Positions 7,671 to 15,962 of a DNA stretch of 16,232 nucleotides are shown in pieces. The notes beneath the pieces were generated by a model. The model was not told the DNA's origin, did not search any database, and saw only the letters and a list, made by a program, of their open reading frames with translations. The stretch's first letter is position 1, and each line of letters starts with the position of its first letter. Source of the DNA: a virus (Duplodnaviria > Heunggongvirae > Uroviricota > Caudoviricetes); the IMG/VR virus record IMGVR_UViG_2802429241_000006, positions 1 to 16,232 of that record. One strand, written 5' to 3'. Position numbers and translations under genes: made by a program.

Positions 7671-8741
7671 ATGGCTAACGCCTGGCTCAGATTATGGCAT
7701 GACATGCCAAATGACCCTAAGTGGCGAACAATTGCCAGGGTGTCAGGGCAGCCAATTGCAACAGTGATGGCAGTGTATATCCACCTCCTGGTGAGCGCGT
7801 CACGAAATGTCACGCGAGGTCACATTGATGTCACGACAGAAGATTTGGCAAGTGCGCTCGACGTGACAGAAGAGGTAATTGATTCAATTTTGCAGACGAT
7901 GCAGGGGCGGGTACTTGATGGTGATTTAATCACTGGATGGGAAAAACGCCAGGTGCTGAAAGAGGACAACGGCAATATTTCGCAAACCGCAAAATCTCCT
8001 GCAGAGCGCAAGAGGGCGCAGCGAGAGAGGGAAAGAAAGCGGGAACAAAATGGCGATTGTCACGGCGCGTCACGAAATGTCACGCACATGTCACGACGAG
8101 TCACGACAGATAAAGATACAGATAAAGATACAGATCAAGAAGATCAAAACACTATGGTCCATGGCGTAAAAAACGCCACGAACCAGGCAGGGGATGTTCA
8201 GACCGTCAATCCTGGTCAGCCAGCAGGCACGACACCGGAAGCCGATTCAGCGTATGCGCTGAAAGCCGATTCGGGCGCTGTGCAGCAGGTGATGACAGCA
8301 TGGACGGAGCAATCACACCAACTGCAGCAGCCTGAAGCCGATTCCGCCATTCAGCGGGAAGCCGATCGGGTAGTCCCGGAAAACACCGGGCAGCCTGTGG
8401 GACGAGTGGATTATCCGGATGTGTTCGAACAGGTCTGGCGGGAATACCCGTTGCGTGCCGGGGCAAACCCGAAGAAATCCGCTTTCAGTGCCTGGAAGGC
8501 CAGATTACGCGAGGGGGTGCCACCAGAGGCCATGCTGGATGGCGTGAGGCGTTACGCAAGATACCTGGCGGCTACCGGGAAAACGGGAACGGAATTTGTT
8601 CAGCGAGCGACGACGTTTTTTGGACCGGACCGGAATTTTGAAAACCCCTGGTTGCTCCCGGTAAGCGGCACGAACAACCAGCGTTGTGTTAATCATATTT
8701 CTGAACCGGACACCGAAATTCCGCCTGGATTCAGAGGGTAA
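7671..8741 (+). CDS. Phage replication initiation protein (O-like replisome organiser), 356 aa
   Basis: ATG at 7671 with AGAGG 5 nt upstream (track GTG at 7665 is an alternative). N-terminal region AWLRLWHDMPNDPKWRTIA resembles replisome-organiser N-domains. The gene carries internal iteron clusters as lambda O does, and sits after the cro/cII-like genes. Confidence 0.65.
   Translation: MANAWLRLWHDMPNDPKWRTIARVSGQPIATVMAVYIHLLVSASRNVTRGHIDVTTEDLASALDVTEEVIDSILQTMQGRVLDGDLITGWEKRQVLKEDNGNISQTAKSPAERKRAQRERERKREQNGDCHGASRNVTHMSRRVTTDKDTDKDTDQEDQNTMVHGVKNATNQAGDVQTVNPGQPAGTTPEADSAYALKADSGAVQQVMTAWTEQSHQLQQPEADSAIQREADRVVPENTGQPVGRVDYPDVFEQVWREYPLRAGANPKKSAFSAWKARLREGVPPEAMLDGVRRYARYLAATGKTGTEFVQRATTFFGPDRNFENPWLLPVSGTNNQRCVNHISEPDTEIPPGFRG
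7797..7867. repeat. Iteron cluster 1: four direct GTCAC(G/A) hexamers at about 10-bp spacing plus one inverted copy
   Basis: GTCACG at 7799, 7809 and 7830, GTCACA at 7819, and CGTGAC (inverted) at 7862. Shares the 21-bp string GCGCGTCACGAAATGTCACGC with cluster 2. Confidence 0.55.
8059..8150. repeat. Iteron cluster 2 (five direct GTCACG at about 10-bp spacing) followed by an A-rich tandem repeat; candidate replication origin core
   Basis: GTCACG at 8059, 8069, 8079, 8090 and 8100. Directly followed by GATAAAGATACA x2 and GATCAAGAAGATCAAAAC (8106..8150), resembling a DNA-unwinding element. Lies inside the O-like gene as lambda ori lies inside O. Confidence 0.5.
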
Positions 8742-8778
8742 CAGATTTCAGGTCATGGGGTAATTTTCAGGAGGGCTT

Positions 8779-9123
8779 GTGGCAAAAGTTTTTACTCCCG
8801 AACTGCGGGAAGAAGTGAAGGCGCGCATTGTGGAACTGGTACGCAGAGATGGGCGAAAAACGCGTAAACAACTGGAAAATGAAACCGGGGCGACGAGACA
8901 CCTGATAGAAGTTCTGGCGAAAGAGCTGGTAGTTAGTGGCGCAGTATATGGTTCAGGACATGGAATATTTCCTTCGGAGCAGGCTCGTAAGGACTGGGGA
9001 AAAGCCCGCAAAAAAATGTCGAGAGCGGCAGTGAAAAAGAAGAGCGACCCTGACCTGATTTATTCATTGCTAGATGGCGAAATACGCCGTTACAACAGAC
9101 GACAGAACATAATTTGTCGCTAG
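8779..9123 (+). CDS. Hypothetical basic protein, 114 aa
   Basis: GTG start at 8779 with AGGAGG (8769..8774) upstream. Lys/Arg-rich. Lies directly after the O-like gene, where a helicase loader would be expected; no P-loop motif seen. Confidence 0.5.
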   Translation: MAKVFTPELREEVKARIVELVRRDGRKTRKQLENETGATRHLIEVLAKELVVSGAVYGSGHGIFPSEQARKDWGKARKKMSRAAVKKKSDPDLIYSLLDGEIRRYNRRQNIICR

Positions 9124-9331
9124 TGCCGTCAGAGCGAAGTTATGCAGCGCATACTGGAATTTTATCAGGGAAATGTTCGGTATTTATTGAAGTGACGAAA
9201 TTAAAGAGCATTAGTTCAGATATTAATTGACACTTCGATGGCACAGGGCCAGAACTAGACTGGTTGTCAGCTTTGAGCCTGGTGAACGTTGGTATCGTTA
9301 GTTTGTATTAATCAACGGAGAATAGGCCAAA

Positions 9332-9361
9332 TGACTTTTCTTTGCCTCTTTTAATTATAAT
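9332..9361 (+). promoter_or_regulatory. Candidate sigma70 promoter for the large NTPase gene
   Basis: Perfect TATAAT at 9356..9361 with TGACTT/GACTTT -35-like hexamer 17-18 bp upstream, in the AT-rich intergenic region 9124..9429. Prediction by eye. Confidence 0.3.
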
Positions 9362-9429
9362 TCAAGTTCAATTGATTACATTGAAGTACTAATGTGAGTC
9401 TGTCAAACAAATAGCTCAAGGAATAGGTC

Positions 9430-12228
9430 ATGTGGGGAAGTGAAAACAAACAAAATCTGGACGTACTGGATCCTGTGCAGTTGGCGCGTATCAAAGCGGT
9501 ACACCGGGGGTTCCTTTACCAGCATCTTTACGCTGTAGGCTGCTTACTTTTGGCGCAGAGGGCTGCTATGGACTCAGTAACTGTCGAGCTTGATGAGGAT
9601 ATTGAGCTGAAATCCAAACAGGAATGTCTCTACATTCAGGTTAAAACCCGTTCAAAACCTATTATGCCCAACGATGTGTCAGGGGCTCTTGAGCGATTTG
9701 TAAAGCTCAGAAATGAGCATACTTCGGCAAACCGCGAAGGGGTGGCTTCTTTTGTGATTATTGTAAACCAGGCGCCTGGACCGCTGCTTCAGAAGATGAT
9801 TGACGATAAAAAGCTTCCTTCTGATGTTCTCATTGTCTGGCCCCAGTCGACAGCTGGACGTCACCCGGCACTTCCGCCCGCATGGAGTACTCTGGCTGAT
9901 GCGGCCACATGGTGTATCGCAGAAGCAGAAAAGCTGAAATTTTCACTATTGTCCCCAGAATCCTTGATTTGGAAGTTAGCAGGGTTGGTTCAGCTTGCCG
10001 CCACCGGAGGCGATACCAATGGGCAACATACGTTTTTCACGGAAGAACTTACTGAACTATTTGAACAGTTGATCGTTCAGCTACAGGACTTTCCTGCGCC
10101 ACCAGCACTGTACCGTCCACAAAACGAAGAACCTTCTCTCACATCTGGTGAGCGGATCCGTATCCTTTGTGGGCTCTCAGGTGCAGGCAAGACAGCTTGG
10201 GCCGCACAGGCCGCATTACACTCCACTGCACTTTGTGCTTATTACGACACCGGTGATCTTCCCGGTCCAGCTCTGGCCAGTACGCTGGTGCGCGAGATGG
10301 TTGCTAGATTTACAGCCCGTGACCAAAACGGTTTGCGCAGGATTTTGCTCCCCGGTGCCAGTGGTTTTGAGGCTCTTAGGAGTTTTGATACCTACCTGAA
10401 AGAGCACGGTACCACCTTGGTGCTGGTTCTGGATAACGCCCATCGTGTGCCTGCGGAAAATCTACGGGATGTTCTGAATGCAACTACACATATTCGTTTT
10501 GTGCTGTTGTGCCAGCCTCACGAAAACGTTCGCGAACTGGAGGTCATGACGGGGCTACAGCGCGAGAGCCTGCAGGGATGGAATCTCGATACGGTAGCTG
10601 TCGTTGTAAACGATATCGGAGGATTTGCCACCGCCATGGGATACGAGCAGCTACGGGCTTACACTGGTGGTCTTCCCCTGTATGTAGAGAGCGCCGCAAA
10701 AATCGCCGTTTCTGATTATGAGCGTAGTGTCGATGCTCTGTGTGCTGAACTCCAGCAACAAACCCATACTGCGGAAACCGCCCAAGAAATTATTCTGTCA
10801 CGTGTATTTCAGGGATTTGAATCACTACTTCAGAGCGCGCTGGCATTGTTCAGTCTCTCTGACGTAGGGCTGAGTCGTGAAGAGATTTCTACGCTCCTAA
10901 TCAATTCGCTGAACATTTCACCAAGCAGTGCGGCTTCTTTAATTAGGAAAATGCGCGCTACTGGCACTATTGAAATTTATGGAAACCATACCCTGAAGGT
11001 ACATGATGCTGTCAGGGGGCTAGGACTGCAACATCTGGAACTGATGGATCAGGGGATATCGAACAAAGCGCTACTAGCGCTGAAAGACCTTTTAGTTGAA
11101 AGTCTTCATAATACCCGCAATACAAAACGGTTATCGTTGTTGACTCAACTTTATATTAAGCTCAATGATGTCACGACGTTGATCGAACTCTCAGGCCAAG
11201 AAATGTTTTATGAGATGGGCGTGACGGTCGACATTCTTTCAAGCCTGGAGCGTGCTGCAACATCGGACTTATTGGGACCTGTTCATAAATTCTGGGCATT
11301 GGATGGTCTTGTTTTCGTTGAGCTTAAAGACGGAATATCCGACCAGATTGCTCAGAGGTTAAACATCATGGGAGCTTTACTTGCGGAGCACAAGTTCGGT
11401 TATCAAGAAGAGATGGCCTATGCAATGAAACGAATGTTATTTTCGGCAGAAAGCAATGATGCACGAGCAGTTCAAAAGCTGGCACAGGAAGTCCGCCCCC
11501 AACTCCCAGATGAAGAACATAAACGCATCTTTGACTACAACCATGCTATTGCACTCTGGAGATTAAAAAAACTCAAGGATGCTGAAACATTAAGCTGTAA
11601 TGTTATACAAGGGTACTATTCTTTATTTGGTATCACACCTGCTGATGTCATAGGAAAAAACGCCGACGCATTATGGAAAACTATTAATCATTCCGAAAAT
11701 ATGCAGGAACACTTTAAACATATGGCTGATGCACTGGAGTTGCTGGCCAGAATTCGTGATGCGCAGGGAAAAATGTCACCATTACTGCGTATTCATTCGA
11801 TGAAGTTCTACAATCTGGCCATGGCCCCGGAATCCATGGTCAGGGTGGGCCAAGATCTGGCGGATGAGTTTGTTGCCATAAAGGATTACGACGGTGCCAA
11901 GGAAGTCATGGAGCAACATGTCCTGCCGGTTGTCAATGAGGCAGGTCTAGTACATCGACTGATTCAGGTTCGAAGCCAGTACGCAGTCATATTGGCACTA
12001 TCGGGTCAGCATAAAGCAGCTGATGTCGAAATGCAGCGCCTTGCTCCCTATATCGAAGGCCTCACAGGTGTACAGCGTCAAGAAATCCAAAATCAATCAA
12101 ATTACATCGTACAGCTTGCCCATAAAGCAGCAAAGACTAAATTAACTGAAGTTTTTGGTGCGGTCGGCCGGAATGAACAATGCCCCTGTGGCTCGGGAAT
12201 AAAGTACAAAAAATGTCACGGTGCCTGA
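9430..12228 (+). CDS. Candidate anti-phage STAND-like NTPase, 932 aa: N-terminal PD-(D/E)xK-like nuclease region, central P-loop NTPase, helical C-terminal region, terminal SEC-C-type zinc motif
   Basis: Unambiguous long ORF with AAGGA RBS. Walker A CGLSGAGKT at about aa 248-256 and Walker B-like TTLVLVLDNAH about 80 aa later. N-terminus has a GF-x-YQ motif and a D...QxK pattern (VELDEDIELKS...LYIQVKT) resembling Cap4/Mrr-type nucleases. Final residues NEQCPCGSGIKYKKCHGA match the SEC-C metal-binding motif. About 570 aa of predicted helical sequence follow the NTPase. Flanked by non-coding DNA on both sides. Confidence 0.6.
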   Translation: MWGSENKQNLDVLDPVQLARIKAVHRGFLYQHLYAVGCLLLAQRAAMDSVTVELDEDIELKSKQECLYIQVKTRSKPIMPNDVSGALERFVKLRNEHTSANREGVASFVIIVNQAPGPLLQKMIDDKKLPSDVLIVWPQSTAGRHPALPPAWSTLADAATWCIAEAEKLKFSLLSPESLIWKLAGLVQLAATGGDTNGQHTFFTEELTELFEQLIVQLQDFPAPPALYRPQNEEPSLTSGERIRILCGLSGAGKTAWAAQAALHSTALCAYYDTGDLPGPALASTLVREMVARFTARDQNGLRRILLPGASGFEALRSFDTYLKEHGTTLVLVLDNAHRVPAENLRDVLNATTHIRFVLLCQPHENVRELEVMTGLQRESLQGWNLDTVAVVVNDIGGFATAMGYEQLRAYTGGLPLYVESAAKIAVSDYERSVDALCAELQQQTHTAETAQEIILSRVFQGFESLLQSALALFSLSDVGLSREEISTLLINSLNISPSSAASLIRKMRATGTIEIYGNHTLKVHDAVRGLGLQHLELMDQGISNKALLALKDLLVESLHNTRNTKRLSLLTQLYIKLNDVTTLIELSGQEMFYEMGVTVDILSSLERAATSDLLGPVHKFWALDGLVFVELKDGISDQIAQRLNIMGALLAEHKFGYQEEMAYAMKRMLFSAESNDARAVQKLAQEVRPQLPDEEHKRIFDYNHAIALWRLKKLKDAETLSCNVIQGYYSLFGITPADVIGKNADALWKTINHSENMQEHFKHMADALELLARIRDAQGKMSPLLRIHSMKFYNLAMAPESMVRVGQDLADEFVAIKDYDGAKEVMEQHVLPVVNEAGLVHRLIQVRSQYAVILALSGQHKAADVEMQRLAPYIEGLTGVQRQEIQNQSNYIVQLAHKAAKTKLTEVFGAVGRNEQCPCGSGIKYKKCHGA

Positions 12229-12505
12229 GTCTTTGTACGACCATGCAGGCCTTATTGTCTTGCTATTGCTCTTATGGTTCGCCTTTCTGATTGATTTCAT
12301 ATTGGCGAGGTAACGGGAGTTAAGTAGAATGGCTGCGGGTGCTTGAGGCTATCTGTCTCAGGCATGAACACCAAAGGCAGATAGAGAAAAGCCCCAGTTA
12401 ACATTACGCGTCCTGCAAGACGCTTAACATTAATCTGAGGCTCAATCTATGAACGGCAAATCTAGGTTAGCCTCTTACGAGCCGAAAGGCAAGGAGAAGC
12501 AGGCT

Positions 12506-12661
12506 ATGAAGCAGCAAAAGGCGATGTTAATCGCCCTGATCGTCATCTGTTTAACCGTCATAGTGACGGCACTGGTAACGAGGAAAGACCTCTGCGAGGT
12601 ACGAATCCGAACCGGCCAGACGGAGGTCGCTGTCTTCACAGCTTACGAACCTGAGGAGTAA
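12506..12661 (+). CDS. hokD: Hok/Gef-family membrane toxin, 51 aa (HokD/RelF-like)
   Basis: Protein MKQQKAMLIALIVICLTVIVTALVTRKDLCEVRIRTGQTEVAVFTAYEPEE matches my recollection of E. coli HokD (RelF). AAGGAG RBS lies upstream of the ATG at 12506. The track ORF's 19-codon in-frame extension from 12449 is unlikely to be translated. Confidence 0.85.
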   Translation: MKQQKAMLIALIVICLTVIVTALVTRKDLCEVRIRTGQTEVAVFTAYEPEE

Positions 12662-12730
12662 GAGACCAGGCGAGGGAGAAATCCCTCGCCACCTCTGATG
12701 AGTCAGGCATCCTCAACGCACCCGCACTTA

Positions 12731-12756
12731 ACCCGCTTCGGCGGGTTTTGTTTTTT
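12731..12756 (+). terminator. Rho-independent terminator downstream of hok
   Basis: Stem ACCCGC / GCGGGT with TTCG tetraloop (12731..12746) followed by TTTGTTTTTT. Confidence 0.7.
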
Positions 12757-12828
12757 CCTGGCATTCTGGTTTACAATTCGCACGTCAGCCTGAACACCTG
12801 ACACCTGCTGCGCCAGCAGAGAAAACAG

Positions 12829-13101
12829 ATGGCGCACAAAACCAAATTTCACAATTCTGATACCGACCTTGCCATCCGGCATGGGCGGCGTTCACACGCA
12901 TTTAAAACCGACTGGTACCAACACCCACCATGTACTGAAGAACAGGCCGAATGGCTAATTCATAACTACCGCAGACGCGGATACGAGATTAAGAAAGCCC
13001 TCAGCCTCGATTATCGTCACTGGATAATCTATGTTAGGCTCCCTTATTCCGAACGCCCACCGCGCCCATCCCGCACATACCAGCAACGGATCTGGAGGTA
13101 A
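12829..13101 (+). CDS. Small prophage protein, 90 aa, Rem-like by position
   Basis: ORF between hokD-like and ydfU-like genes, where K-12 Qin carries rem. Its stop is 1 nt before the next gene's GTG start. The Rem sequence itself is not recalled, so the name is positional only. Confidence 0.45.
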   Translation: MAHKTKFHNSDTDLAIRHGRRSHAFKTDWYQHPPCTEEQAEWLIHNYRRRGYEIKKALSLDYRHWIIYVRLPYSERPPRPSRTYQQRIWR

Positions 13102-13102
13102 C

Positions 13103-14152
13103 GTGCGGATATTACTTCGACCTGTTCTGGTACCGGAACTCGGGCTGGTGGTCCTTAGGCCGGGCCGTGAATCCATGCAAGTATTTCATAACCCTCGAGT
13201 GCTGGTGGAGCCTGAACCGAAAAGCATGCGCGGTCTGCCGTCCGGAGTCGTCCCTGCCGTTCGCCAGCCGCTGGCGGAGGATAAATCATTACTGCCATTT
13301 TTCAGCGATGAGCGGGTGATTCGTGCTGCTGGCGGCGCTGGTGCACTGTCTGACTGGCTGTTGCGTCATGTCAAATCCTGCCAGTGGCCTCATGGTGACT
13401 ATCATCACAGTGAAATCGTCATACATCGTTACGGTACCGGCGCGATGGTGTTGTGCTGGCACTGCGACAACCAGCTGCGTGACCAGACCTCCGAATCACT
13501 CGGGCAACTTGCTCACCAAAACCTGTCAGCATGGGTGATTGACGTCATACGCCATGCAATGAATGGCACGCAGGAGCGGGAATTATCGCTGGCTGAATTA
13601 TCCTGGTGGGCGGTCTGCAATCAGGTAGCGGACGCGCTACCGGAGGCAGTATTACGTCGTTCTCTGGGGTTACGTGCTGAAAAAATCCGCTCGCTTTACC
13701 GCGAGAGTGACATCATACCGGGAGAGCAGACAGCCACCAGTATACTGAAGCAGCGCACAAAAAATATTGTGCTACCGCCTCACGCCCACCAGCAACAGAA
13801 CCCACCACAGGAAAAGACGGAGGTCAGCATTGCCGTTGATCCGGAGTCTCCGGAATCTTTCATGAAGCGACCTAAACGTCGCCGCTGGGTAAATGAGAAA
13901 TACACGCGCTGGGTGAAGACACAGCCGTGTGCGTGTTGTGGTAAGCCAGCTGACGATCCCCATCACCTGATTGGTCATGGTCAGGGCGGAATGGGTACAA
14001 AAGCGCATGACCTCTTTGTGTTGCCTTTGTGCAGAAAGCATCACGACGAGCTGCATGCGGATACCGTGGCATTTGAAAAGAAGTATGGCTCCCAGCTGGA
14101 GCTGATATTTCGTTTTATCGATCGTGCGCTGGCAATTGGCGTATTGGCGTAA
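13103..14152 (+). CDS. ydfU: DUF968-family prophage protein (YdfU-like), 349 aa, with C-terminal HNH-like Cys/His motif
   Basis: GTG at 13103 with GGAGG 4-5 nt upstream gives 349 aa, the length recalled for K-12 YdfU. C-terminus CACCGK...HHLIGHGQGG...LPLCRKHHDELH is HNH-like. Sits in the Qin order hokD-rem-ydfU-quuQ. The track ORF start at 13031 is an unlikely extension. Confidence 0.65.
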   Translation: MRILLRPVLVPELGLVVLRPGRESMQVFHNPRVLVEPEPKSMRGLPSGVVPAVRQPLAEDKSLLPFFSDERVIRAAGGAGALSDWLLRHVKSCQWPHGDYHHSEIVIHRYGTGAMVLCWHCDNQLRDQTSESLGQLAHQNLSAWVIDVIRHAMNGTQERELSLAELSWWAVCNQVADALPEAVLRRSLGLRAEKIRSLYRESDIIPGEQTATSILKQRTKNIVLPPHAHQQQNPPQEKTEVSIAVDPESPESFMKRPKRRRWVNEKYTRWVKTQPCACCGKPADDPHHLIGHGQGGMGTKAHDLFVLPLCRKHHDELHADTVAFEKKYGSQLELIFRFIDRALAIGVLA

Positions 14153-14165
14153 GTGGAGAACGAGC

Positions 14166-14918
14166 ATGAACCTTGAAGCCTTACCAAAATATTACTCCCC
14201 AAAACCTCCAAAATTGAGCGATGACGCACCGGCGACAGACTCAGGTGGTTTAGCAATTACGGATGTGATGGCTGCGCAGGGGATGGTGCAGTCGAAAGCA
14301 CCGCTTGGGTTTGCCTTATTCCTGGCAAAAGTTGGTGTTCAGAACCCTCAGTTTGCGATTGAAGGTCTGCTCAATTACGCGATGGCACTGGATAACCCGA
14401 TATTGAACAAATTGAGTGAAGAAACCCGGTTACAGATCATCCCTTACCTTGTGAATTTTGCCTTTGCTGATTATTCCAGGTCTGCGGCAAGTAAGGCTCG
14501 CTGTGAACATTGTGCAGGTACGGGATTTCATAATGTATTGCGCGAAGTGGTGAAACACTACAGAAGTGGGGAATCTGTTATCAAGGAAGAATGGGGGAAG
14601 GAACTATGTCAGCATTGCCATGGTAAGGGCGAAGTCAGCACAGCGTGCAGAGGGTGTAAGGGTAAAGGTATTGTCCTGGATGAAAAAAGAACCCGGCTTC
14701 ATGGCGTACCGGTTTATAAGATTTGTGGGCGTTGTAATGGAAACAGGTTTAGTCGTTTACCGACCACACTGGCACGACGTCATGTCCAGAAGTTGGTACC
14801 GGACCTGACAGATTATCAGTGGTACAAGGGGTATGCGGACGTCATTGATAAACTGGTAACAAAGTGCTGGCAGGAAGAAGCGTATGCAGAAGCACAACTG
14901 AGAAAAGTGACAAGATAA
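14166..14918 (+). CDS. quuQ: Late-gene antitermination protein Q (Q82/QuuQ-like), 250 aa
   Basis: ATG at 14166 gives 250 aa, the length recalled for QuuQ. Four CxxC pairs (CEHCAG, CQHCHG, CRGCKG, CGRCNG) are consistent with the zinc-binding Q antiterminator family. Position downstream of ydfU-like matches Qin. Confidence 0.65.
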   Translation: MNLEALPKYYSPKPPKLSDDAPATDSGGLAITDVMAAQGMVQSKAPLGFALFLAKVGVQNPQFAIEGLLNYAMALDNPILNKLSEETRLQIIPYLVNFAFADYSRSAASKARCEHCAGTGFHNVLREVVKHYRSGESVIKEEWGKELCQHCHGKGEVSTACRGCKGKGIVLDEKRTRLHGVPVYKICGRCNGNRFSRLPTTLARRHVQKLVPDLTDYQWYKGYADVIDKLVTKCWQEEAYAEAQLRKVTR

Positions 14919-15647
14919 AAGATTTTCACCGAACGATGGCGACATAATGATTGTATTTTCTAAGGAAACGTGCAAAGAGTTTTCCAATGATGAGCCTTAT
15001 ATGCATACCGGTGGAAAATATCAATAAGCCGCGCAGAGTGGTTTTTTTGTGGACATAAACTTTGTGCAGAACGGTAACCATTCTGGTTGCCGTGAATGCA
15101 GTTTTTTTACATTGCTGGCTTTTTTAGATTTGTGTTAGTCATTGATATTAACAAGAAGGGGAAAAGACATGCTAAAACGGCAGGATATGAAGGAAACGGT
15201 TATGCGTGAATGTTCCAGTGTGATTAACCATATCATCTTGGGAAGCCATCCTGATGCAGGGAAGAGGTAACAGTAACGTGCATCAATCAGGCTATCGATG
15301 TATTACCGGTTTGTTACCCATGAAGAAAATTAAGGTGATAACGAAACTGATTTTATAGGTGTCTTGTCAGAGTGTTGCGACGAAACTGGTGTTGGCAGTG
15401 TAGGGAAAATAGTAGGATGAAAATTATAAATTGCTTTAAATGAGCTTGATTTCCCTCATGTTATGAGATATTTGTCTTATATTGCTGGTTAATTATGAAA
15501 ATTTTTGTAAATCTACAGCAATAAAATCCATATTAATTAAAGCACTAGATGCGTTTCTGATTTGTGCATGAAACATACATACCATAATGATTAATTGCAT
15601 CTATAATTACAGATACAGCATTGTGCTGTTAAAAAACTGGAGTCCCC

Positions 15648-15755
15648 ATGAATACATTATATGTAAGTGATTCAAATGAAAAATCTCATGACAGGAATAA
15701 AAACAATGAGGATAGTAAGGGTAAGGATAATAAAAAAGACAACCGGAAAGAGTAA
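15648..15755 (+). CDS. Candidate small highly charged protein, 35 aa (MNTLYVSDSNEKSHDRNKNNEDSKGKDNKKDNRKE)
   Basis: ATG with GGAG 6 nt upstream, inside an AT-rich region and followed downstream by a strong terminator. The low-complexity composition could also be an artefact of AT-rich DNA. Confidence 0.25.
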   Translation: MNTLYVSDSNEKSHDRNKNNEDSKGKDNKKDNRKE

Positions 15756-15790
15756 ATAATCTTTCCTGCATAAAAATACTAGGGTGGAAT

Positions 15791-15910
15791 ATGTCAGAAC
15801 ATCCAGATTTTGATGACCGTAAGCCTGATGATGAGCCCGTTGAGCGTCCTGATGAGGGGCAACCATTGAACCCTTTTTCACCGGATGATAAAAGAGAACC
15901 TATTATTTAG
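15791..15910 (+). CDS. Candidate small acidic protein, 39 aa (MSEHPDFDDRKPDDEPVERPDEGQPLNPFSPDDKREPII)
   Basis: ATG with GGGTGG upstream. Terminator hairpin lies about 50 nt downstream. Composition is less AT-biased than its surroundings. Confidence 0.3.
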   Translation: MSEHPDFDDRKPDDEPVERPDEGQPLNPFSPDDKREPII

Positions 15911-15962
15911 ATATAGCAGAATATAGCCGTTTAAAGTAGGTTGTGTTTTGTTGCTATCCTTA

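Noticed and set aside
7797-8105. GTCACG repeat clusters considered as a CRISPR array
   Set aside because: The repeats are 6-bp units at about 10-bp periodicity without unique spacers, lie inside a coding gene and are followed by an A-rich tract; this fits iterons, not CRISPR.
10148-10715. Short ORFs on both strands inside the 932-aa gene
   Set aside because: Fully embedded in a long uninterrupted CDS; no independent support.
12449-12505. In-frame 19-codon N-terminal extension of hok
   Set aside because: The canonical 51-aa Hok begins at the internal ATG with AAGGAG upstream; the extension is more likely leader sequence.
13772-14167. 131-aa minus-strand ORF
   Set aside because: Antisense to the YdfU-like gene and to the start of Q; no RBS.
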